From positions 1 to 30,265 of the forward strand of contig DAXX01000067.1 in assembly GCA_002506605.1 (NCBI GenBank): a DNA stretch of 30,265 nt, written 5' to 3'. Of this stretch, positions 17,372-26,946 are shown one piece after another (position 1 is the stretch's first letter; each line of letters starts with the position of its first letter). The notes under the pieces were generated by a model, which saw only the letters and a list, made by a program, of their open reading frames with translations, searched no databases and was not told the origin of the DNA. Made by a program: the position numbers and the translations under genes. This DNA comes from Thaumarchaeota archaeon UBA160. Its GTDB lineage: Archaea; Thermoproteota; Nitrososphaeria; Conexivisphaerales; UBA164.

Positions 17372-18178
17372 ATGAATCAAATAGCAGTAATAAAAATTGG
17401 AGGAAGCTTGATTTCAGAAGGCGAATACATAAACGTTTTGAACGACATAAAAAATTCAGGATTACAAAATATTATACTAGTTCACGGTGGGGGAAATGAG
17501 GTCAGTAAAATGCAGAAAGCTCTCGGAAAGGAACCGGTTTTTGTAACATCCCCTGAAGGTATTAGAAGTAGATATACAGACTTGGAAACTCTTGAAATAT
17601 TTAACATGGTTATGAGAAACATAGGCACTAAAATAGCATCGCATTTGAACTCTTTGGGTTTCAAAGCCATTAACATTTCTGGAGTAGATGCTTCTTTTAT
17701 TAAGGCTGAAAGGAAAAAGAAACTTATAATAATTGACGAAAAAGGTAGAAGAAGGGTTATAGAGGGAGGGTATACGGGAAGGATAAAAGAAGTTGATGAA
17801 TCGTTTTTAAAAAACCTACTAAACTTGGGGCTTATTCCCGTTGTTAGCCCGATAGCTTCAGGTTATGAGGGAGAAATACTAAACGTAGATGGTGACCGCG
17901 GGGCATCAGCCATTGCAAGATCTGTAGGCGCCTCTAAATTGATAATATTTACAAACGTTGAAGGCGTCATAATCGATGGAAAGGTTTTAGATAAACTAAG
18001 CTTGAGCGAAGCAAAAGAAACATTAAAAAAAGTTGGACCAGGGATGGATAAGAAGCTTTTAGCGTGTATAGAAGCCGTTGAAAACGGCGTTGAAATTGGC
18101 TTAATAGCATCAGGAAAGAAAGATAAGCCTGTTGAAGCGGCATTAAAAGGCATAGGGACAAAGGTGGTCAAAGAATGA
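17372..18178 (+). CDS. lysZ: LysW-aminoadipate/glutamate kinase (LysZ/ArgB)
   Basis: VIKIGGS, VHGGG, SPEGIRSRYTD, GGYTG, LNVDGD, GPGMDKK. Confidence 0.95.
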   Translation: MNQIAVIKIGGSLISEGEYINVLNDIKNSGLQNIILVHGGGNEVSKMQKALGKEPVFVTSPEGIRSRYTDLETLEIFNMVMRNIGTKIASHLNSLGFKAINISGVDASFIKAERKKKLIIIDEKGRRRVIEGGYTGRIKEVDESFLKNLLNLGLIPVVSPIASGYEGEILNVDGDRGASAIARSVGASKLIIFTNVEGVIIDGKVLDKLSLSEAKETLKKVGPGMDKKLLACIEAVENGVEIGLIASGKKDKPVEAALKGIGTKVVKE

Positions 18179-19344
18179 GCGCTACCGAGGATTTGAGAAT
18201 GCTAAACACTTTTCAGAGGTATGGAATAAAAGTAATAAAAGGAGAAGGAGCTTATGTGTGGGACGATAGCGGCAAAAGATACTTGGACTTTATGCAGGGG
18301 TTTGGTGTTGGAATACTCGGTCATAAAAACCAAGCTATTATCAAAGCCATATATGATCAGTTAAATCAACTTGATATATGTCATGGATCATTATATAATG
18401 ATGCGAGAGAAAGATTTTTAGAAGAGTTTTTCAGGATAGCTCCTAAGTCTTTAAGTAGAGCGTTTCTGAGCAACAGCGGAGCAGAAGCTATAGAGCTTGC
18501 GTTAAAGCTTGCGAGAAAGTACACGGGCAAAAAAGGGTTCATATCTTTTACAGGCGCCTATCATGGTAAGACATTTGGAGCCCTTTCTGTAACATATTCA
18601 GAAAAGTACAAAGAAGGATTTGGGCCTCTGCTAGAGCCGGTAAGGTTTTTAAAATACGGTGACGTAAACGAACTGAACTTAGCAGACTTTAGCGATATAG
18701 CAGGGGTTATAGTCGAACCAATTCAAGGAGAATCTGGCATAATAATACCTCCAGATGACTTCCTTCCTACTCTTAGGGAATTAACTGAGAAAAAAGGGGT
18801 ACCTTTAATAATAGATGAAATACAATCAGGTATGGGGAGAACTGGCAAGTGGTGGGCGCATCAACACTGGAACATACAGCCTGATATAATGACAGCAGGA
18901 AAAGGAATAGGCGGCGGCATACCTATGGGCGTTACTGCAGTAAGAGAAGACATAGCTTCTGTAATAAAAGTAGGAGAACACAGCAGCACAATGGGCGGCA
19001 ATCCTATAGCTTCAGCTGCAGGGGCTGCTACAATAAAGGAAGTTGAAAAGCTTTTAGCCGATATACCGACTAAAGGTGAAAATTTTATGAAGGGCTTGAG
19101 AAAACTAAACAGCCATACTGTTAAGGAAGTCAGAGGAAAAGGTTTGATGATAGCATTAGACTTAAGGATAAGGTTCAAGGATGTGCTTTTTGCTCAGCTA
19201 AAAAACGGCCTCATATCTCTCTATTCGGGTCTTACAGTCTTGAGGTATCTTCCTCCTTACATCATTACTCAAAATGATATAGATAACGCGCTATCAATAA
19301 TCGAAAAAAGTCTTATGGAAATCGATAGTAAAAGGTTTATTTAG
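18175..19344 (+). CDS. lysJ: LysW-semialdehyde aminotransferase (LysJ/ArgD, class III PLP)
   Basis: NSGAEA, YHGKTFG, EPIQGESG, DEIQSGMGRTG, TAGKGIGGG, RGKGLM. Confidence 0.95.
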   Translation: MSATEDLRMLNTFQRYGIKVIKGEGAYVWDDSGKRYLDFMQGFGVGILGHKNQAIIKAIYDQLNQLDICHGSLYNDARERFLEEFFRIAPKSLSRAFLSNSGAEAIELALKLARKYTGKKGFISFTGAYHGKTFGALSVTYSEKYKEGFGPLLEPVRFLKYGDVNELNLADFSDIAGVIVEPIQGESGIIIPPDDFLPTLRELTEKKGVPLIIDEIQSGMGRTGKWWAHQHWNIQPDIMTAGKGIGGGIPMGVTAVREDIASVIKVGEHSSTMGGNPIASAAGAATIKEVEKLLADIPTKGENFMKGLRKLNSHTVKEVRGKGLMIALDLRIRFKDVLFAQLKNGLISLYSGLTVLRYLPPYIITQNDIDNALSIIEKSLMEIDSKRFI

Positions 19345-19379
19345 AAACTTTTTTAAGCTCTTGCTGCCGATATAGTGAT

Positions 19380-19790
19380 ATGGATGAAATAGACCTTAGG
19401 TTATTGGAACTTTTAAAAGAAGATGGCAGGGCTTCATATATTGACCTAGGTAAACAGCTGAACCTTTCAGAAGCAGCCGTAAGGAGAAGGGTAAAAAAAT
19501 TAGTTGATGATGGAATAATAAAGAAGTTTACAATTGAAATTAAAGAAAGAGAAAGAGCCATGGCTTTAACTTTGCTTTCAACATCTCCAAATATACCTAC
19601 TTATGAGGTAGCGGCAAATATATCAAAAATAAAAGGCGTCGAAAAAGTTTACGAAATAACAGGCCAGTATGACATAGCTGTTTTAATATCAGCTCCGAGT
19701 ATAGCAGAAGTGAACAAGGTTATAGACGATATTAGAAAAGCTAACGGCGTAATTAATACTAATACCGTCATAATTCTTAGAGAGCTTTAA
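19380..19790 (+). CDS. lysM: Lrp/AsnC family regulator (LysM-like)
   Basis: MDEIDLRLLELLKEDGRASY..LSEAAVRRRVKKL HTH, RAM-domain YEITGQYD, and position inside the lys cluster. Confidence 0.85.
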   Translation: MDEIDLRLLELLKEDGRASYIDLGKQLNLSEAAVRRRVKKLVDDGIIKKFTIEIKERERAMALTLLSTSPNIPTYEVAANISKIKGVEKVYEITGQYDIAVLISAPSIAEVNKVIDDIRKANGVINTNTVIILREL

Positions 19791-19837
19791 TATTTTTTAA
19801 CGAAAAACGTTATAAAGTAAAGCGTTATAACCTCCTT

Positions 19838-21034
19838 ATGCAAGACGAATTAAGAGACGTTTTAGAAGAAAGTTTAGGGTTCGCACAAATATATAACGGA
19901 GGTTTTTTTAATAAAAAGGTGAAGATTCTTGATTCTACGTTGCGCGAAGGAGAACAGGCTCCAGGCATATCTTTTACAAAAAGGCAGAGGTTACAGATAG
20001 GATGGATGCTAGATTATTTTGGAGTAAATTCTATAGAGATTTCTCCGGTTGTTTCCGATTCGCATTTTGAATCCTGTAAAGAGCTTGTAAAAGCTAAGCT
20101 CAGCGCAACCATAGTGGCTCATGGAAGGGCACTAAAAGAAGATATAGACGTTGCGTTAAGGTGTGACGCGTCGTTTTATGCTATGTACCACTCTGTTTCT
20201 GACATACATTTAAAGTACAAATTAAATGTTTCAAGAGAAGAAGCCTTAAATAGAACTCTTACGGCGCTTGACTATGCAAAGTCTCATGGGCTTCAAGTGA
20301 GGGTCACGTTGGAAGACGCTAGCCGAGCAGACCCAACATATTTGAGAGATTTTGCAAGATCTCTTTATGAAGCAAACGTGGACAGATTAAGCATACCGGA
20401 TACAGTGGGAGCCATGAAACCTAGCGGTATGTACAGGCTAGTAAAAAGTGTAAAAGAGGTCGCTCCGGTACCGATCGACGTTCACTGCCATAACGATATG
20501 GGTCTTTCCCTTGCAAATGCGCTTGCTGGATATGAAGCAGGAGCAGATCAGGTTCATACTACAATTGGAGGGCTTGGCGAAAGGACAGGCATAACAGATT
20601 TGGCCCAATTTGTGCTAGCGCTTTATGTTCTATATGGTGTAAAATTGGACGTTAGGTACGAAATGCTAAACGATGTTTATAAGGTACTGGAAGAGTACAT
20701 AGATTACAAAATACCTCCGAATCAACCTATAATGGGTGAAAACGCCTACAAACACAAAGCCGGTACACATATAGCTGCAATTTTGAACAACGCCATAGCT
20801 TATGAGCTGGTTACACCTGAGTTCTTAGGAAAAAAGAGAAAAATAGTATTTAGCGAACTCATAGGTAAAAACGGGGCATCTTTCCTTCTTAAGGTTTTAG
20901 GGGTAGAAAGCGATGAGGCTTTAGCAAAAATGGTAGCGCACGGTGTTAAAAGCCTCCAAATGGGCGATCTTTTTGAGCTAGAGCTCAATAATGAAATAAA
21001 GCAAAGAATTTTAGCTTCTGGTGAAAGAAAATGA
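19838..21034 (+). CDS. Homocitrate synthase (DRE-TIM, LeuA/HCS family)
   Basis: DSTLREGEQ, PDTVG, HCHNDMG, GGLGERTG, HKAGTH. No regulatory domain. Specificity inferred from context. Confidence 0.8.
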   Translation: MQDELRDVLEESLGFAQIYNGGFFNKKVKILDSTLREGEQAPGISFTKRQRLQIGWMLDYFGVNSIEISPVVSDSHFESCKELVKAKLSATIVAHGRALKEDIDVALRCDASFYAMYHSVSDIHLKYKLNVSREEALNRTLTALDYAKSHGLQVRVTLEDASRADPTYLRDFARSLYEANVDRLSIPDTVGAMKPSGMYRLVKSVKEVAPVPIDVHCHNDMGLSLANALAGYEAGADQVHTTIGGLGERTGITDLAQFVLALYVLYGVKLDVRYEMLNDVYKVLEEYIDYKIPPNQPIMGENAYKHKAGTHIAAILNNAIAYELVTPEFLGKKRKIVFSELIGKNGASFLLKVLGVESDEALAKMVAHGVKSLQMGDLFELELNNEIKQRILASGERK

Positions 21035-21879
21035 AGATAACAATACTTCATGATCTCATAAGATGGGAAGAGAAAGCGCTCTATCAAGCTTCTTTAAAAA
21101 GAGGCCTTGAGGTTAGCCTCATAGATATAAAAGATGAACATTTTGATATAACCAAAGATTATGATAGCAAGTTTGGAGAAGTTGCATTGCAAAGGACAAC
21201 TAGCTACTACAAAGGGCTTCACAGCGCGGCTATAGTAGAAAGCTTGGGGGTGAAGGTAATAAACAATTCGCAGATCCTCATGATAACAGGTAATAAGCTT
21301 TTTACAACAGTAAAACTAAAAGAGAACAATGTGCCAACGCCTAGAACTATAGTGGCATTTTCTCCTGAAAAAGCTATAGAAGCGTTTAAAGAGCTCGGCG
21401 AAAAAGCTGTTATAAAACCTGTTGTAGGATCGTGGGGAAGAATGGTGGCGTTGCTTGACAGCTATTATTCAGCAAAAGCGGTATTTGAAGAACGCGAGTA
21501 TATGGATCCTATATACCAAGTTTATTATTTGCAAGAATACGTGAAGAGGCCTCCTAGAGATATAAGGGCATTTGTAGTTGGCGATCAAGTAATTGCCGCA
21601 ATTTACAGGAATCAAGCCGCTGGAGACTTCAGAACGAATACAGCGCTAGGTGGAAAAGCCGAAAACTGCCCCATAACCAAAGAGATAGAAGATCTTGCTT
21701 TAAGAGCAGCAAAAGCTATAGGAGATGGTGTTTACGGCGTGGACATGATGGAAACAGAAAAAGGTATTGTTGTGCATGAGGTAAACGGAACTGTTGAATT
21801 TAAGAATTCGGTTTCTGTAACTGGAGTTGATATACCAGATAAGATAGTCGAATACGCCACAGAGGTAGCTAAAAGGTGA
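21031..21879 (+). CDS. lysX: LysW-alpha-aminoadipate ligase
   Basis: ATP-grasp, SYYKGLHS, GSWGR, FRTNTALGG. Follows homocitrate synthase. Confidence 0.85.
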   Translation: MKITILHDLIRWEEKALYQASLKRGLEVSLIDIKDEHFDITKDYDSKFGEVALQRTTSYYKGLHSAAIVESLGVKVINNSQILMITGNKLFTTVKLKENNVPTPRTIVAFSPEKAIEAFKELGEKAVIKPVVGSWGRMVALLDSYYSAKAVFEEREYMDPIYQVYYLQEYVKRPPRDIRAFVVGDQVIAAIYRNQAAGDFRTNTALGGKAENCPITKEIEDLALRAAKAIGDGVYGVDMMETEKGIVVHEVNGTVEFKNSVSVTGVDIPDKIVEYATEVAKR

Positions 21880-22934
21880 ATTTTCCAGATCCTGTGGTTT
21901 TTCTTCTTGAAGCTTTAAAAATATACTCGCCTTCTACTAAAGAATCAGAAATTTCTAACTTCATATATAATTATATAAAGTCAATCGGATATAACGACGT
22001 ATCACAAGATAAAGCGGAAAATGTGATCTTAAAAGTAAAGGACGGTTCGCCAAAAGTGTACATGATAGGCCATATGGATACAGTCCCTGGTGAGCTACCC
22101 GTATTTTATGATGGAAACAATATTTATGGTAGAGGCGCAGTTGACGCCAAATCATCTCTTTCGGCACTTCTTCACGCTGCAATAAATTTAAAGGATGTTC
22201 CGTGTGGTATAAAATTTATTGCCGTAACAGATGAAGAGCGTTTGAGCGAAGGCATGAATGAAATAATTAAACATGAAGAAAAACCAGATTACGCCATATT
22301 TGGCGAGCCAACAGGAATAAATAACGTGGCAGTAAGTTATAAAGGGAGGTTGCTAGCCAAGCTTAACTTTAAAGCAAAGCCGTATCATTCGTCTTCACCT
22401 ATCGAAGAGAAAACAGCCTTTGAATTAATGATTGAAAAAATAAATGAAATACAAAACAAAGTAAGAGGACTTAACGCTAACGTTACTTCATATTTCGACA
22501 GTATAACAGCGCAGGTTGTTCAGTGCGGTTGCGGCGACTCTACTAATAAAACTCCAGCAGATGCGTTTGTATACATTGATATAAGAGTTCCTCCAAAGTT
22601 TAACACATTTGACCTTGAAAAAATTTTGCTTGGCGATAACTATCAAATAGAAGATAGGCTTGAACCTTTCAGTACCTCCCCATCAAACGAGCTCCCGCGT
22701 TCTTTTTTTAGAGGAATATATAAAATTCTAAACGTCAAAGCTAGCTTTGTAAAAAAGCTTGGAACATGCGATGGAAATGTTTTAAGATCATATTATGAAA
22801 TCCCAATAATTGCGTATGGGCCTGGAGATTCAAAACTGTCACATACAGATCAGGAAAGGATTTCTGTGAATGAATACTTGACCGCAATAAAGGTTATAGA
22901 AGAATCCATAAGAGAACTATGTAAAAATCGTTAG
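21876..22934 (+). CDS. lysK: LysW-lysine/ornithine hydrolase (LysK/ArgE, M20 family)
   Basis: GHMDTVPG, GRGAVDAKSS, DEE, GEP, YGPGDSKLSHTDQE. GTG start overlaps the lysX stop. Confidence 0.92.
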   Translation: MNFPDPVVFLLEALKIYSPSTKESEISNFIYNYIKSIGYNDVSQDKAENVILKVKDGSPKVYMIGHMDTVPGELPVFYDGNNIYGRGAVDAKSSLSALLHAAINLKDVPCGIKFIAVTDEERLSEGMNEIIKHEEKPDYAIFGEPTGINNVAVSYKGRLLAKLNFKAKPYHSSSPIEEKTAFELMIEKINEIQNKVRGLNANVTSYFDSITAQVVQCGCGDSTNKTPADAFVYIDIRVPPKFNTFDLEKILLGDNYQIEDRLEPFSTSPSNELPRSFFRGIYKILNVKASFVKKLGTCDGNVLRSYYEIPIIAYGPGDSKLSHTDQERISVNEYLTAIKVIEESIRELCKNR

Positions 22935-22972
22935 AAAAATATTAATTATCAGCAAATTCTTAATACTGGGAT

Positions 22973-23602
22973 TTGAAAGTAAAAGCGGTTTTCTTTGATA
23001 TGGATGGAACTTTAATTAAAGAAAACTCTTGGGATCTTATATATAAGAGCGTAGGGCTTGACACATCTCCATATCTTAAAGACTATTTGGATGGCAAAAT
23101 ATCATATGAAAAACTTGTGGAACTTGACGTTCAATATTGGAGAAAAAACGGCAAAGATGTAAACAAAAGCATGATAGAAGAGCTCACAAAAAGGATAACT
23201 ATAAGAGATGATGCGCTTATTGTATCTAGCAAGCTTAAGAAACATGGAATACATCTTGTGATGGTCACAGCTGGTCTTTATGAATTTGCAGCTCGCGTTG
23301 GCAGAGAACTCAAATTTGACCAAATATATGCGAACAAGTTTGTATACGACGAAAGGGGATTCATAAAAAAAGCAATAATAGAAGTAGAACCTTTGCATAA
23401 ATACAGATTAGTAGAAAGGTATCTAAAAGAAAAAGGCCTAACCGCTGAGGAAGCAATATCTGTAGGAGACACCATTTATGACGAAAGTATGTTCAAGGCA
23501 ACTGCACGTGGCTTTTTATTAAATGATAACTATGCTATTGTTAATCAGGAAAAACACGTGATCAAAAGTCTTACTGAACTTTTAAATTATTTAAGCCTTT
23601 AA
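22973..23602 (+). CDS. HAD-superfamily phosphatase, phosphoserine-phosphatase-like (subfamily IB)
   Basis: FDMDGTL, VTAG, ANKF, K, VGDT..D. Confidence 0.85.
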   Translation: MKVKAVFFDMDGTLIKENSWDLIYKSVGLDTSPYLKDYLDGKISYEKLVELDVQYWRKNGKDVNKSMIEELTKRITIRDDALIVSSKLKKHGIHLVMVTAGLYEFAARVGRELKFDQIYANKFVYDERGFIKKAIIEVEPLHKYRLVERYLKEKGLTAEEAISVGDTIYDESMFKATARGFLLNDNYAIVNQEKHVIKSLTELLNYLSL

Positions 23603-24041
23603 TAAACTATTCTAATTTCGACCCCAGCTCCATTTAAGCTTGAGTAAGCTTTTGTTTGCAAATAATTTACATACCTTTGTATGTGCATCTAGTGCTATAA
23701 TTTTGATGTGATAATTAGATAATCATTTAACAGAAGCTAACTGATTTTTTGTAAGATTGAGTTTAAGTTCTGTTACTTTTATAAATCAAATTATTAATAT
23801 TGGTTAAATTGCGCTTCACCTTAGTAATGCATTTCGTTCATCCCATTATAGAAACTGAACTAGCTGTAAACGTAAAAAAGGCTTGCGCGTTTCGTTAAGC
23901 TCAGCACCATAAAGCTGACAGGAACGATCCGCACCTTAACTTTTATCTGAAAATCTTATTTGACCGGCATTAGATTATTAACGTTAAAAAATTATATAAT
24001 AGCTTTTAAATTGGATTATGCTATACTAACAACAAGAAATA

Positions 24042-25004
24042 ATGGAAGAAATAGAAGCATTAGTTAAAAAATATTTTAACGTAGAAGATTTAGTTTACAT
24101 TGAGAACGGTTATGAATTTGAAATTAAGTGCGATGAGCCTTCTTTTTTAAAAAATAACTTCATCAGCCTTTATAATGAGATAAAAAAATTAGAATACGTA
24201 CCAAAGCTCGAAAAATTAGGTTCTAAATACATATTAACAATTACGAAAAAGACAGAAAAAACACCCAAACATAATATCTACCAAATATTTTTGCTTTTAG
24301 CTTCGTTTGGGACTATACTTTTAGATGGTTATTATAAGTTGGGAAGTTATAGTGAATTAATGATAGCTTACGAAGCGCCTATTTTAGCTATGTTAATTTT
24401 GCATGAAGCTTCTAAATACATGATATTTTATTTTAGAAAGGCGCAGCGCACTGCTTCCTATGTTATTCCTGGAATTCCCGGAATCATTCCTATGATGGGC
24501 TTTATAAACGCAAAATCAGGTGAAACAGTTAATCGCGACGCCATGTTTGATGAAGCATTTTATCCGTTCATAGCTGCTCTTTTAGGCGTTATCATTTTTT
24601 TAGTATTTAGCCTGAAGGTTAATTTGAATTTCCAAAAACAATTGGCTGAGCCTTTCTTAATGCAATTTTTTCATGGAGTTTTTAATAGCAAAAACCTTTT
24701 TTTAGAAGGCTCAGCAGTAGGTATAACTATTTTATTTATTAATTTTCTTCCGGTAACAAGCCTAGACGGTGGGTTTTTGATATCAAGCTTAGGAAAGAGT
24801 TCTTTAGTTTTAGATCTATTAAGTATAATCATAATGAGCTTTTTAGGCTACTTTGTGCTGGCCTTAGCTGTGATTTTTGTACAGAACGTTAGAACTACAG
24901 AGCTTCTGGATTCTGTATCGCCTCTTTCGAAAAAAAGAAAAATCGTTTACATCATATCGTTCGTTATAATCATAGCTTTGTTTGCAATTTTTGGAACCAT
25001 ATAA
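24042..25004 (+). CDS. M50 (site-2 protease) family membrane protein with degenerate zinc motif
   Basis: Soluble N-terminal domain, PGIPGIIPMMG, NFLPVTSLDGG and multiple TM segments. HExxH appears as HEASK. Confidence 0.8.
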   Translation: MEEIEALVKKYFNVEDLVYIENGYEFEIKCDEPSFLKNNFISLYNEIKKLEYVPKLEKLGSKYILTITKKTEKTPKHNIYQIFLLLASFGTILLDGYYKLGSYSELMIAYEAPILAMLILHEASKYMIFYFRKAQRTASYVIPGIPGIIPMMGFINAKSGETVNRDAMFDEAFYPFIAALLGVIIFLVFSLKVNLNFQKQLAEPFLMQFFHGVFNSKNLFLEGSAVGITILFINFLPVTSLDGGFLISSLGKSSLVLDLLSIIIMSFLGYFVLALAVIFVQNVRTTELLDSVSPLSKKRKIVYIISFVIIIALFAIFGTI

Positions 25005-25335
25005 AAAATTTATAGTACATAATTTTGGCTAATGGTTGATGTGTTTTAGTTTGGCAAAACTTGACAAAAATTTTGATCTTTTTGCGCTTTGATAAATGCA
25101 ATTGAACTTGAGACGCGACAAATACAGCGCGAATGTATTTGGAATGTATAGTATAACATATCTAAGTTATGGACTTCCATAACGTTAAAGGTATCCTGTT
25201 CATGCAAAGCGCTCGAAATTTACAACTGCATTCAAATTTTTATGCTGAGGCAGCTAGTAAATTAGTACAATTTACAATTAACTTTCTTTCATTTATTGCG
25301 CTTTATTTTGGATAAGCAGATGTTTAAAATTTTAG

Positions 25336-26580
25336 TTATAAGCTGTTAATATAGGATTTTGATCTATTTATCATATTTTTATTTATAGCATTTAAGTATA
25401 GTTGTTTGTTTTCTTCATTTAATTTGTCCCAGTATACATGCGGCCATATAGCATCAGCGTGCGCCTTTATCACATCTTGATATCTTAGCATGTCGTTGAA
25501 TATAACCTCCATTACTTGATCCATGGAATATTTTGGTTTAAATCCCAGTTTCTTTAAAGTTCTATGAGATACAGAATATTTATGTCTTTGTTTTTCGACT
25601 CTTGGATCAGGTATCCTTACATACTCTGGTTCAAATCCATATTTTTTCACAATTTTCTCAACCCTTCTTGCAAGTTCAAGAGTATTATGAATTTCTTCCA
25701 TCTGATTGACTACGCGGTATTCTCCTTCATCTGCGGGTTTTTGGCCAAGAAGGAATAAGCAATCTATACTATCTTGGAGGGAAAGAAAGCTACGTCTCAT
25801 CAAACCCGTACCATAAATGAGCATTTTATTAAATGCTATGACCTGTGCAAAGTACTTGTTAATAACTGTACCCCATACGCCATCAAAATCGAGCCTTGTG
25901 TTTAATCCATCGTTAACTAGATCGTCTGTCCTGCTGCCATATACGACTCCCTGTTGAACATCTGTGGCCCTTATTCCCCATATTTTGTTTGCAAAAATTA
26001 TGTTATATGTGTCAAAAACTTTGCTTACGTGATACCAAGATCCAGGATCCCTAGGTATCATAATCCTGTATTTTTTACCATGATATGTAACGTTCATCCA
26101 TCCTTCTTCGATTTTATATCTTGGCGTTCCATACTCGCCCATTGTACCCATTTTTATTATGTGCGTTTTTGGCGAATGCTTTTTTATTGCAAATATAAGG
26201 TTAAGATTCGTTAAGACGTTGTTAACCTCTGTATACGCAGCGTGATCTATATCTATCATAGAATATGGCGCGCTCCTTTGCTGCGCAAGGTGATAAACGG
26301 TGTGAGGTTTGTATTTTTCTATAAGCTTGTCTACAAATTCATAAACGGTTAGATCGCCGACTATAATCTTTAGGTTGTTTTTACCGTATGCTTTTTCATA
26401 GGCTTTTACTCTTTCTTCAGGAGAACCAATGGGCAAAGCGCTTGTTCCTCCAACTTCTTCTACAAGTTTTCTAGTTATCAGGTTATCAACTCCTATGATT
26501 TCTTCGTCAAGCTCTTTTGCAAGCCTTACGGATAAGGGCCATCCTATGTATCCGTCAGCTCCAAAAACCATTATTGTCAT
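25336..26580 (-). CDS. sqdB: UDP-sulfoquinovose synthase (SQD1/SqdB/Agl3)
   Basis: GADGYIGWP, HLAQQRSAPYSM, KMGTMGEYGTP, PGSWYHVSK, QGVVYG, RLDFDGVWGTVINKY. Confidence 0.92.
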   Translation of the reverse strand: MTIMVFGADGYIGWPLSVRLAKELDEEIIGVDNLITRKLVEEVGGTSALPIGSPEERVKAYEKAYGKNNLKIIVGDLTVYEFVDKLIEKYKPHTVYHLAQQRSAPYSMIDIDHAAYTEVNNVLTNLNLIFAIKKHSPKTHIIKMGTMGEYGTPRYKIEEGWMNVTYHGKKYRIMIPRDPGSWYHVSKVFDTYNIIFANKIWGIRATDVQQGVVYGSRTDDLVNDGLNTRLDFDGVWGTVINKYFAQVIAFNKMLIYGTGLMRRSFLSLQDSIDCLFLLGQKPADEGEYRVVNQMEEIHNTLELARRVEKIVKKYGFEPEYVRIPDPRVEKQRHKYSVSHRTLKKLGFKPKYSMDQVMEVIFNDMLRYQDVIKAHADAIWPHVYWDKLNEENKQLYLNAINKNMINRSKSYINSL

Positions 26581-26669
26581 TTATGACTTATCAATTACAT
26601 TTGTAGTTTATAAACTTTATTTTATGTTATACAATTAGCTGCTTTAATTGTACCTGCATTTGAGCAGAA

Positions 26670-26871
26670 TTCTCTTTCTGTAAGATGACATATGTGACTC
26701 TTCCTAGAAACGCTATTACAATCAAAAAATGCATGCCAAGATATAAATGCAAAAGCGAGACGTTCTGGAACGATTGCGCTTAAACATCCATGCTTAATAC
26801 ATAAAAAGAATTATTTAAAGATAAACGTGTCTATAAACTGAGAAACCTAAACGCTAACCCAAGCAGTTCAC
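26670..26871 (+). mobile_element. Decayed tnpB 3'-end / right-end remnant, family 2, copy A
   Basis: 26756-26838 matches 28128-28210 at 67/83 nt ungapped. Broken TnpB-like peptide (SLSVR..NAITIKK..MP). Ends TATAAACTGAGAAACC...AAGCAGTTCAC, alignable to the end of family 1 copy 1. Confidence 0.5.
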
Positions 26872-26946
26872 TTTGATATTAATTTATAAATTAGCTAAAA
26901 AATTTGAGCATCAAAGCTAAATAAAAATAGATTGTTAATATTAAGC

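Noticed and set aside
19791-19837. CGTTATA direct repeat before homocitrate synthase as a LysM operator
   Set aside because: It does not resemble the GGTT-N-AACC-type palindrome recalled for Sulfolobus LysM and can be explained as a TATA box.
25169-25315. 48-codon ORF containing LHSNFY, reminiscent of PaREP1/HEPN-like proteins
   Set aside because: Too short, matches only one motif and lacks the rest of the domain; may be chance.
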